Shown here: positions 53,387 to 61,527 of the stretch, piece after piece
Layout: each line of letters opens with the position of its first letter
How positions within the stretch are numbered: the stretch's first letter is position 1
Origin: Longimicrobiales bacterium
GTDB lineage: Bacteria > Gemmatimonadota > Gemmatimonadetes > Longimicrobiales > RSA9
Reading direction: 5' to 3'
NCBI GenBank assembly: GCA_035461245.1
Contig: DATHVP010000062.1
Location: forward strand, 3,956 to 67,955
DNA length: 64,000 bases
Notes under the pieces: model-generated
The model's input: only the letters and a program-made list of their open reading frames with translations
What the model was told of the DNA's origin: nothing
Database searches by the model: none
Made by a program: the position numbers and the translations under genes

Positions 53387-55308
53387 ATCCGCCCACAGCC
53401 ACAGCCAAGGCCCGGTCCAACCCCGCCGCGCCTCCGGACCGGATGGGCGCCATTGATGAGGCCGCACTGGCGCTGGCTGGTATGGCGGGCCCCCGGCCTG
53501 ATGCGGGCGAGCTGGAGCACGTGCGTGCGTTGCTGGAGCCCCGCGCCCGGGACGACGACCAGCCGGCATGGGTCAGGCAGGCGCTGGCTGCCGCTGTCGA
53601 ACTGCTCGACGGAGCCCTCGACGGTGCCGGTGACCCGGCCTGCTCCATCTCCCGGGTCAATGCCCTCCTCGACCTGACGCGCTCAGCCGCCCCGCATGCT
53701 GCGGGAGACGTTCCCGCCGGGATGGCCCTGCCCGACGACACCATCCGCGAACTGGTCCCGGAGTTCCTGGCCGAGTCGGCCGAGCACCTGGACCATGTGG
53801 AGGCCATACTCCTACGTACGGGGGCTGCACGCGTCGAGCCTGCCGACCTGGAAGACATCTTTCGCGCGTTTCACACCATCAAGGGGTCGGCCTCCTTCCT
53901 GGGCGCCGCCGGTGTTGCCGAACTGGCTCACGCCGGAGAGTCCCTCCTGGACCGGCTGCGGGGCGCGACTGACATTGTCGGTCCGGCCTCCACGGCGCCG
54001 GTCATGGAGTGTGTGGACGTCCTGCGCCGGTTGCTGGACGACTTCGCCTATTCATCCGCCGGCGCGTCGTCCCCGGCATCCGCCAGCGCGTCGTCCCCGG
54101 CATCCGCCAGCGCCGCGCACCCGCCGCCTTCCCGGGCAGCCACCGCCGCGCCACCAGCGACAGTACGAGTGCGTACGGACCGGCTGGATGAGCTGGTTGA
54201 GCTGGTGGGGGAACTGGTGGTGGCCCACGCCATGGTGGGCGGGGACGCCCTGGTCCACCGCCATCGTCATGATGAATTGGGTCGCAACGTCGCGCGCACC
54301 GGGAAGATCGTGCGACAGCTTCAGGATCTGGCGTCCGCGCTGCGCATGGTACCGCTTCGCCCCCTGTTCCAGCGTATGGAAAGACTGGCCCGTGATCTGG
54401 GCTCAGAAACGGGCAAGCCGGTGGAGTTCGTGTCGACGGGTGCGGACACGGAAATTGATCGCACCATGGTGGACCTGTTGGCCGATCCGCTGGTGCACAT
54501 GATCCGCAATGCCATGGACCATGGGGTGGAGCAGGCGGAGGCACGGGCCGCAGCGGGCAAACCCGTGAAGGCCCGGATCTGCCTGTCCGCGTGGCATTCC
54601 GGCGGAGACGTCATGGTGGAGCTGGCGGACGACGGGCGCGGCCTGGACCTGCGGGGCATCCGCGCCCGTGCGGAGGCGTATGGGCGGGTGTTGCCCGACC
54701 AGCCGATGACGGCCGAAGAGGTAGCGGGCCTGATCTTCGAGAGTGGGCTGAGCACCTCGGACACCGTCACCACGCTGTCGGGCCGAGGGGTGGGGATGGA
54801 CGTTGTGCGGCGGAACATCGAGGCGCTGCGGGGGCGCATCGACGTCCGGTCCGAGGACGGTGCCGGCACCACCTTCCGGATCCGGCTTCCCCTCACGCTG
54901 GCGGTGACCGACGGCATGCTGGTGCGGGTGGGGGCAGAGCGATACGTCATCCCGTCGTCGGACATCCGGACGTGCTGCCGACCGGAGACGGATGCCTATA
55001 CCCGTGTGGCTGGAAGCGGCGAACTGGTGACGTGGCATGGATCGACCTTCCCGGTGATTCGCCTGCACGCGCTGTTCGATGTTTCCGGAGCGGTTTCCGA
55101 TCCTGCAGGCGGCGTCCTGGTGGTGGTGAGCGACGGTGTGCGGGCGTGTGCCCTGCTGGTAGATGAGGTGCTGGGGCAGCACCAGTTCGTGGCCCGTCCC
55201 GTGGCGCCGGGCCTGGGTGCCGTACCCGGCGTGAGCGGCACCGCCATACTGGGCGATGGCGCGGTGGGCCTCATCCTGGACGCTGCCGGCCTGCTGGCCG
55301 CTCGCTGA
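53383..55308 (+). CDS. cheA: Chemotaxis histidine kinase CheA
   Basis: ORF 53371..55308 (GTG). ATG 53383 overlaps the cheB stop as ATGA. Hpt motif FRAFHTIKGSASFLG, dimerisation and HATPase domains (DHGVE..., DDGRGLD, GRGVGMDVV) and a C-terminal CheW-like domain. There is an N-terminal extension of about 120 aa before Hpt. Confidence 0.9.
   Translation: MNPPTATAKARSNPAAPPDRMGAIDEAALALAGMAGPRPDAGELEHVRALLEPRARDDDQPAWVRQALAAAVELLDGALDGAGDPACSISRVNALLDLTRSAAPHAAGDVPAGMALPDDTIRELVPEFLAESAEHLDHVEAILLRTGAARVEPADLEDIFRAFHTIKGSASFLGAAGVAELAHAGESLLDRLRGATDIVGPASTAPVMECVDVLRRLLDDFAYSSAGASSPASASASSPASASAAHPPPSRAATAAPPATVRVRTDRLDELVELVGELVVAHAMVGGDALVHRHRHDELGRNVARTGKIVRQLQDLASALRMVPLRPLFQRMERLARDLGSETGKPVEFVSTGADTEIDRTMVDLLADPLVHMIRNAMDHGVEQAEARAAAGKPVKARICLSAWHSGGDVMVELADDGRGLDLRGIRARAEAYGRVLPDQPMTAEEVAGLIFESGLSTSDTVTTLSGRGVGMDVVRRNIEALRGRIDVRSEDGAGTTFRIRLPLTLAVTDGMLVRVGAERYVIPSSDIRTCCRPETDAYTRVAGSGELVTWHGSTFPVIRLHALFDVSGAVSDPAGGVLVVVSDGVRACALLVDEVLGQHQFVARPVAPGLGAVPGVSGTAILGDGAVGLILDAAGLLAAR
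54064..54111 (+). repeat. Perfect in-frame 24-bp tandem duplication inside cheA
   Basis: GCGTCGTCCCCGGCATCCGCCAGC x2, encoding ASSPASAS twice in the linker after the Hpt domain. Confidence 0.9.
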
Positions 55309-55375
55309 CCTCCGCCGGCCTGGCCGCCGGCTGACCTCCGCCGGCCGGATGGCCGCTGGCTGACCTCCGCGGGCT
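55295..55375 (+). repeat. Three tandem degenerate copies of the cheA 3' end, including its stop codon
   Basis: TGGCCGCTCGCTGACCTCCGCCGGCC starts at 55295, TGGCCGCCGGCTGACCTCCGCCGGCC at 55321, and TGGCCGCTGGCTGACCTCCGCGGGC at 55350. TGA occurs at 55306, 55332 and 55361. Confidence 0.85.
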
Positions 55376-55603
55376 GGTGGCGCCGACGCGGGGGAGGCCG
55401 GGCGGCGACGGCCCTCCGCTGGTGAGGCTCCGCTATTGTTGCCGTCCCGCCCGACCTTCGCCTGCAGAGTACCGTCCGAGTGTCAATCGACTGTCAAAGC
55501 CAGCGCGTCGGGCCCCATCCGGAAACTCTCGCACGACTTCTGCACCTGTTCTATATTCGCCCGCCGCCTGCCATGGTGGCGACCACCGAATCGGGAGATA
55601 GCC

Positions 55604-56149
55604 ATGCCTGCAGAGGCGCAGCGTACGGGAGTTCAGGAAGCGGACGTGCCGCTGGAGCGGGACGTATTTCTGCGGACCCTGATCCGCGAGTTGTCGGGCA
55701 CGCTCCAGGACGTGGTGGGACTGGAAGAGGCCGCCGGCTTCGTCAGCGTCGTAGGGCAGACGATGGGCCGGGACATTGACCGATCGTACCGGGAGGCGCT
55801 GTCGGTGGAGCGGCTGGACGAGGCGCAGGTCGCGGATGTGCTGGTGGACCTGAAGCGCCGGATCCGGGGGGACTTCTACGTCATCGAACACACTCCGGAG
55901 CGCATCGTCCTGGGCAACCGGGCGTGTCCTTTTGCGGAGAAGGTGATAGGACGCCCGGCCATGTGCATGATGACGTCGAACGTGTTCGGCGCCATCACGG
56001 CGGACAATCTGGGCTACGCGAAGGTGGTGATCGAGGAAGCCATTGCCCTGGGCGATCCGGGCTGCCGGGTAGTGGTGCACCTGCAACCGACGCCGGAGGC
56101 GGATGCCGCTGACGGGCGCGAATACTTCGGGAGCGAGTCGCGGGTGTGA
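55604..56149 (+). CDS. Small Cys-containing sensory-domain protein (V4R / methanogen-output-domain-1-like)
   Basis: ORF 55436..56149, in-frame ATG 55604. The pattern GNRACPF...[14 protein letters not shown]...GDPGCRVVV is recalled as typical of V4R/MOD1-type domains. The family call is tentative. Confidence 0.45.
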   Translation: MPAEAQRTGVQEADVPLERDVFLRTLIRELSGTLQDVVGLEEAAGFVSVVGQTMGRDIDRSYREALSVERLDEAQVADVLVDLKRRIRGDFYVIEHTPERIVLGNRACPFAEKVIGRPAMCMMTSNVFGAITADNLGYAKVVIEEAIALGDPGCRVVVHLQPTPEADAADGREYFGSESRV

Positions 56150-58047
56150 CGACGGAAGCATTTCTCAGCCTGACCCGTGCGCTGCCGGAGCCCCACGTGC
56201 TGGTGGCGCGGAACGGCGTGCTGTGCGGCGCGAATCCGGCGGCCCTCCGGCTGCTGGGCCTGGGTTCAGCCGTGCCGGACGGCGTGCGCCTCCACGACAT
56301 CTCGGACGACCCGGCGCCGTCCATTGACGCGCTGCTCGCCAGGTTCGCCGGGGGCAGCGCCCTGACGCCCGGCGCGCTCACCCTGAGGGATGGCCTGCGC
56401 CTGCGGGCACAGGGATGCGCACTTACCATCGGACCGGGCGAGCCGACGGAGCACCTGCTCATCCGGCTGCAGGCACCGGAGTCTGCGGCCAGCCGGTTTC
56501 TGGCCCTGAACCGCAGTATTGACGAACTGACGCGGGAGGCACGCGTACGGCGGCGGGCGGAGGAGGAAGTCCGGGAAAGCGAACTCCGGGCCCGGTTCCT
56601 GGCCGAGGCGAGCCGGATCCTGTCCTCGTCGCTGGAATACGAGCAGACGCTGCGAAACATGGCGAGCATGGCCGTGCCGGATTTCGCGGACTGGTGCGCT
56701 GTGGACGTGCTGCAGCCCGACGGCTCCCTGGCGCGGGTGGCCGTGGAGCATACCGATCCCGCCAAGGTCCGCCTCGCCTGGGAGTTGACCGAGCGCTACC
56801 CACCTGATCCGGACGCCGAGTATGGCGTACACCATGCCCTGAAGACCGGGCGGCTGGAAAGGGTGGAGGAAATCCCGGAAGGGCTCATCGAGAGCGCCGC
56901 TCAGGACGAGGAGCACCTGCGCATGCTGCAGGAGCTTGCCCTGCATTCGTGGATCGTGGCGCCGCTGGTTGCGGGTCGGCGGGTCCTGGGTGCCCTGACC
57001 CTGGTGTATGCGGAGTCCCGCCGCCGCTTTGGTGAACGGGATGCGGCCATGGTGGAAGACCTGGCCCGGCGCGCTGCGGTGGCCATCGAGAACGCCCGAC
57101 TCGTCGATGCCATCCAGGAGGCCCGGGACCGGATCGCCGAACAGGCGGGCGAACTGGAGATGCAGACGGAGGAATTGCAGACCCAGAGCGCGGTACTGGA
57201 GGAGCAGGCGGCGGAGATGGAGGAGCAGGCGAGCGAACTGGAGCTCCAGCTCGAGGAGGTCCAGAAGCTGAACAATGAGCTTGCCCACTCCAACCGTGAC
57301 CTGGAAGTGGCCCGGGCTGACGCGGAGCGGGCGAGGGAGGCAGCGGAACAGGCGAGTGAGGCGAAGAGCACGTTCCTGGCGGTGATGAGCCACGAACTGC
57401 GCACGCCTATCAACGCCATCATGGGCTACACTGACCTGCTGGACGCGGAGGTGGCGGGCCCCCTCAATGATGAGCAGCGAGCCCATCTGGAGCGGGTGCG
57501 GAACAGCTCCATGCATCTGGTGGGCCTCATTGACCAGATCCTGAGCCTGGCGCGGATCGAGGCCGGCCACGACGACCTGCATGTGGAGCCCGCCGACGTG
57601 GCCCGCCTCGCCCGTGACGCCGCAGCGATGATCGAGCCGCTGGCCAGCCGACGGGGCCTGGAGCTGAAGACCGAGATCCCTGACGGTTCCATGAATGTTG
57701 TCACGGACGTGGGGAAGCTGACCCAGATCCTGCTCAACCTGCTGAACAACGCCGTGAAATTTACGGAGGCCGGCACCATCCAGCTCAGCCTGAAGGATGG
57801 CGACGGCAGAGCGACGTTCAGGGTCCGTGACACGGGGATCGGCATCCCCTCCGAACACCATTCGTCCATCTTCGAGCCATTCGTGCAGGTGGACCAGAAG
57901 ATGAGCCGCCGTGCGGGCGGTGCCGGGCTGGGACTCTCGGTGAGCCGCCAGCTCGCCCGTCTGCTGGGTGGTGATATCACCGTGGAAAGCACGCCGGGTG
58001 AGGGCAGCACTTTCACCATCAGCATACCTGCCGCGGCCGGTAACTGA
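56146..58047 (+). CDS. Cytoplasmic sensor histidine kinase (PAS-like, GAF, coiled coil, HisKA, HATPase_c)
   Basis: ORF 56146..58047 (GTG, GTGA overlap with the upstream stop). GAF-like region, long Glu/Gln-rich coiled coil, H-box [18 protein letters not shown]1 and G2 boxes ([23 protein letters not shown]). Confidence 0.85.
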   Translation: MTTEAFLSLTRALPEPHVLVARNGVLCGANPAALRLLGLGSAVPDGVRLHDISDDPAPSIDALLARFAGGSALTPGALTLRDGLRLRAQGCALTIGPGEPTEHLLIRLQAPESAASRFLALNRSIDELTREARVRRRAEEEVRESELRARFLAEASRILSSSLEYEQTLRNMASMAVPDFADWCAVDVLQPDGSLARVAVEHTDPAKVRLAWELTERYPPDPDAEYGVHHALKTGRLERVEEIPEGLIESAAQDEEHLRMLQELALHSWIVAPLVAGRRVLGALTLVYAESRRRFGERDAAMVEDLARRAAVAIENARLVDAIQEARDRIAEQAGELEMQTEELQTQSAVLEEQAAEMEEQASELELQLEEVQKLNNELAHSNRDLEVARADAERAREAAEQASEAKSTFLAVMSHELRTPINAIMGYTDLLDAEVAGPLNDEQRAHLERVRNSSMHLVGLIDQILSLARIEAGHDDLHVEPADVARLARDAAAMIEPLASRRGLELKTEIPDGSMNVVTDVGKLTQILLNLLNNAVKFTEAGTIQLSLKDGDGRATFRVRDTGIGIPSEHHSSIFEPFVQVDQKMSRRAGGAGLGLSVSRQLARLLGGDITVESTPGEGSTFTISIPAAAGN

Positions 58048-58123
58048 ATTCTGGCGTCGCGTGGCCCACCCGCCGGATGCGCCACGTCCCAACGTTCCTC
58101 GCGAACCACCTGGAGGTAATACG

Positions 58124-59284
58124 ATGTCGCACTCACTGGATCGCCGCGAGTTCGTTGCCACCGGTGCCGCCGTGACGGCGGGCCTCATCATGTCCGAAAC
58201 GGTGTCGGCCGAGCCGGCAGCGACCGGGACCGGATCCGCCCCCCTGGAGACACCCGTGGTGCTGCGCCGGACTGCCGCCCGCCCTGTCGTCGTCGCATCG
58301 GGCAACGGCCATGGGCCCCGGGGTCCGGACGGACGGAGCTGTGTGGAGACCGCATTTGCCAGGATGACGGAGGGCGGCGACGTGCTGGACGCCCTCATCG
58401 CCGGCGTCACCATAGTGGAACTGGATCCCGAGGACACCAGTGTCGGCTACGGCGGCCTGCCCAACGGCGACGGCGTGGTCCAGCTTGATGCGTCGGTGAT
58501 GCACGGCCCGAAGCGCCAGGCGGGGGCGGTGGCGGCGCTGGAGGGCGTGCGCACGCCGGCGGCGGTGGCGCGGGCGGTCATGCAGAACACGGATCATCAC
58601 CTGCTCGTGGCTGAAGGCGCCCAGCGCTTCGCCCGCCAGATGGGCTTCGCCATCGAGGACGATCTGAATACGGAACGTTCCAGGCGCCAGTGGCTGGAGT
58701 TCCGACGTCGCGTCGACCCGTCCCGGTGGCTCAACCCGGAGCAGCGGGGCGAGGAGTCGCTGCGGGTGGGGCTGGAGATGGTGCAGGAAGGCCTCATTGA
58801 CGCGGAGCACTTCTGGGGCACCATCAACTGCAATGGCGTGAGCGCCAATGGCGACGTCTGCGGTGTCACCACCACCAGCGGGCTGGCCTGGAAGATCCCC
58901 GGCCGGGTGGGTGACTCGCCCATCCTCGGCGCCGGCCTGTACGTGGACAACGACGTCGGCGCCGCCGGCTCCACCGGTCGCGGCGAGGCGAACCTGTACG
59001 GGCTCTGTTCGTTCCTCATCGTGGAGAACATGCGCCGGGGCATGACGCCGGTGGATGCGGGCGTGGACGCATGCAGGCGCATTGCCACGAACACGGTGGA
59101 GCCGCGGCTGCTCAATGAGCGGGGCCTGCCACGATTCGGCATCAACTTCTACATCGTGAACGCGGCCGGCGATTACGCGGGCGTGTCCATGTACGCCGGC
59201 TCGCGGTTCGCTGTCTGCGACGAGCGCGGTGCCCGGCTGGAGGACTGCGCAGCGGCCTTTGACGGGCGGGCGACGGGCGGGTAA
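58124..59284 (+). CDS. Tat-exported Ntn-hydrolase, glycosylasparaginase / isoaspartyl peptidase family
   Basis: ORF 57968..59284, in-frame ATG 58124. Twin-arginine signal SLDRREFVATGAAV. Autoprocessing and nucleophile region CGVTTTSGLAWKIPGRVGDSPILGAG and GSTGRGE. Confidence 0.8.
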   Translation: MSHSLDRREFVATGAAVTAGLIMSETVSAEPAATGTGSAPLETPVVLRRTAARPVVVASGNGHGPRGPDGRSCVETAFARMTEGGDVLDALIAGVTIVELDPEDTSVGYGGLPNGDGVVQLDASVMHGPKRQAGAVAALEGVRTPAAVARAVMQNTDHHLLVAEGAQRFARQMGFAIEDDLNTERSRRQWLEFRRRVDPSRWLNPEQRGEESLRVGLEMVQEGLIDAEHFWGTINCNGVSANGDVCGVTTTSGLAWKIPGRVGDSPILGAGLYVDNDVGAAGSTGRGEANLYGLCSFLIVENMRRGMTPVDAGVDACRRIATNTVEPRLLNERGLPRFGINFYIVNAAGDYAGVSMYAGSRFAVCDERGARLEDCAAAFDGRATGG

Positions 59285-59291
59285 CGGGGTT

Positions 59292-60032
59292 ATGCTCGGC
59301 ATTGTCGGCGGCAGTGCGTTCCTGCACGGCCACGTTCTGGACGGCTGCACCCCACAACGCGTTGTCACACCGCGCGGCGATGTCATGCTGCATGTGGGGA
59401 ACGGCTTTGCGTTCCTGCGCCGACACGGTGAGACCGGGTATACGGCACCCCATCGGATCCCCCATCACGCGCACGTTCTGGCGCTCGAGTCCGTCGGCGC
59501 ACGCCACGTAGTGGGGTTCGCCTCCACGGGCTCACTGCATCGTGCGCTGCGGCCGGGCGCCGTGCTCGTCCCGGACGACTACGTATCATTGCACCCCCCG
59601 CCGACGCTGGCGGGCGACGGCTACCTGCACATCGTGCCAATGCTGGACCCGGCGCTGCGGGAGCTGCTGGCGGAAGCGGCGGAAGCGGCTGGCGCGGAGG
59701 AACTGCGCCGTGGTGGAATCTATGTGCAGACGCACGGCCCGCGCTTTGAAACGCCGGCGGAGGTGCGGATGATCGCCAACTGGGGCGATGTCGTCGGCAT
59801 GACAGCGGCATCGGAAGCGACACTGTTCCAGGAGCGGGGCATGGCGTACGCCACGCTCTGTATCGTGGACAATTACGCCAACGGTGTCGCTGGCACTGCA
59901 CTGACACTGGACTCGTTCCAGGCCCAGCTTGCCGCCGGTGCCACACTGGCCCGGCGCATCGTTGACGAGGTGCTGCGCCTCTGGCGTGAGCAGCAGCCGT
60001 TGCCGCAACCTGACGGAGGCAGTGCACCGTGA
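59292..60032 (+). CDS. MTA/MTI phosphorylase-like purine nucleoside phosphorylase (PNP/MTAP family 2)
   Basis: ORF 59229..60032, in-frame ATG 59292. LGIVGGSAF, FLRRHG, QTHGPRFETPAE, VVGMTAASEATL, VDNYANG. Confidence 0.8.
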   Translation: MLGIVGGSAFLHGHVLDGCTPQRVVTPRGDVMLHVGNGFAFLRRHGETGYTAPHRIPHHAHVLALESVGARHVVGFASTGSLHRALRPGAVLVPDDYVSLHPPPTLAGDGYLHIVPMLDPALRELLAEAAEAAGAEELRRGGIYVQTHGPRFETPAEVRMIANWGDVVGMTAASEATLFQERGMAYATLCIVDNYANGVAGTALTLDSFQAQLAAGATLARRIVDEVLRLWREQQPLPQPDGGSAP

Positions 60033-61372
60033 CACTGGAGATCCGCGGCGCCGTGCTGGACGGCGCCGCCACCGATATCGTCATACGCGATGGAACCATT
60101 GCGGTCGTCCGCCCGCACCGGAGCGGACCCGACCCCGCCGGTGATGCTGCGAGTCCCGCGGATGCCTCCGGCGGTGACGCCACCCACCGCATCATGGACG
60201 CCCCCGGGCTGCACGTGTTCCCCTCCTTCCGCAACGGCCACACGCACGTGGCCATGGTGCTGTTCCGCGGCTATGGCGATGACATGCCGCTGATGGAGTG
60301 GCTGCGCACGCGCATCTGGCCGGCGGAGGCACAGCTCACCGAGGACGACGTGTATGCCGGCGCCCGGCTGGGCATCCTGGAGATGATCCGGGGTGGTACC
60401 ACATTCTTCAACGAGATGTACTGGCATCGGCCCGCACTCGTCCGCGCGGCTGAGGAGATGGGTGTCCGTGCCCTCATCGGCCAGACCATCATTGACCTGG
60501 GCGACAGTGCCATGCTCCAGCGGCAGAAGGACGACCTGGCGCGCCTCGCGTCGGGGGCCGCTGCTGGCGGCCGGGGCCGCGTGCAGTTCTGCGCGGCGCC
60601 CCATTCCATCTACACCGTTTCGCCCGAAGACCTGCGCTGGACGGGGGAAATGGCTGCCGCCCACGACCTGCTCCTCCATATCCACCTCTCCGAGACGCAG
60701 GAGGAAGTGGATAAATGCGTGGCCGCGCACGGCGTGCGGCCCGCCGTGCTGCTGGACCGTCTCGGACTGGTCAATGAACGACTGGTCGCCGCACACGGCC
60801 AGTTCCTGAATGACGACGAGTTGAAGCTGCTGGGCGCAGCCGGCGCTGCCATCGTCACCAACCCGGCGGCGAACCTGAAGCTCGCCACCGGCGGGATCTT
60901 CCCGTGGCGTGCCGCACGCCAGGCCGGCGTGCGCACCTGCCTGGGCACCGATGGCGCCGCGTCCAACAACACCCTCAGCATGATCGAGGGGATGAAGCTG
61001 GCCGCCCTGCTCCAGAAGCACCGGGAGCAGGACGCCACGGTGCTGCCCGCCGCGGAGGCGCTGGCCATGGCCACCGCGACGCCGGCGGAAGTGTTCCGCC
61101 ACGGCAGCGGCCGCATCGCCGAGGGCGAGCCAGCCGACCTGATCCTGGTTGACTTTTCGCGCCCCGCAACGCAGCCCCTGCATGACCCGGTGTCGCAACT
61201 CGTCTATGCCGCCGACGCGTCCTGCGTGCACACCACGATCTGCGACGGCCGCGTCCTCATGCACGCCGGCGTCGTCGAGGTCTGCGACGAGCAGGAGGTC
61301 ATCGCCGCGGCCGCGGCATCCGTACGTGCGCTGCTGGAGCGCGTGCCGCGCGCCGCTTCGGCGATGGCGTAA
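60029..61372 (+). CDS. mtaD: 5-methylthioadenosine/S-adenosylhomocysteine deaminase-like amidohydrolase
   Basis: ORF 60029..61372 (GTG in a GTGA overlap with the upstream stop). NGHTHVAMVLFRGYGDDMPLMEWL, HLSET, GTDGAASNN. Confidence 0.8.
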   Translation: MTLEIRGAVLDGAATDIVIRDGTIAVVRPHRSGPDPAGDAASPADASGGDATHRIMDAPGLHVFPSFRNGHTHVAMVLFRGYGDDMPLMEWLRTRIWPAEAQLTEDDVYAGARLGILEMIRGGTTFFNEMYWHRPALVRAAEEMGVRALIGQTIIDLGDSAMLQRQKDDLARLASGAAAGGRGRVQFCAAPHSIYTVSPEDLRWTGEMAAAHDLLLHIHLSETQEEVDKCVAAHGVRPAVLLDRLGLVNERLVAAHGQFLNDDELKLLGAAGAAIVTNPAANLKLATGGIFPWRAARQAGVRTCLGTDGAASNNTLSMIEGMKLAALLQKHREQDATVLPAAEALAMATATPAEVFRHGSGRIAEGEPADLILVDFSRPATQPLHDPVSQLVYAADASCVHTTICDGRVLMHAGVVEVCDEQEVIAAAAASVRALLERVPRAASAMA

Positions 61373-61527
61373 CTGACCGACGTAGCCGGCGCGCCAGCGA
61401 GGCGTGGCGTCGCCGGCAGACGCGCCTGCAGCGCCGTTCCCACGTCCCACATCTTCATTGCCTGCAGCCGCCGTTTGTTCCTATCTTGCAGGGGTCTTTC
61501 CTGCATAACGCATCATCCGGGACGTCC

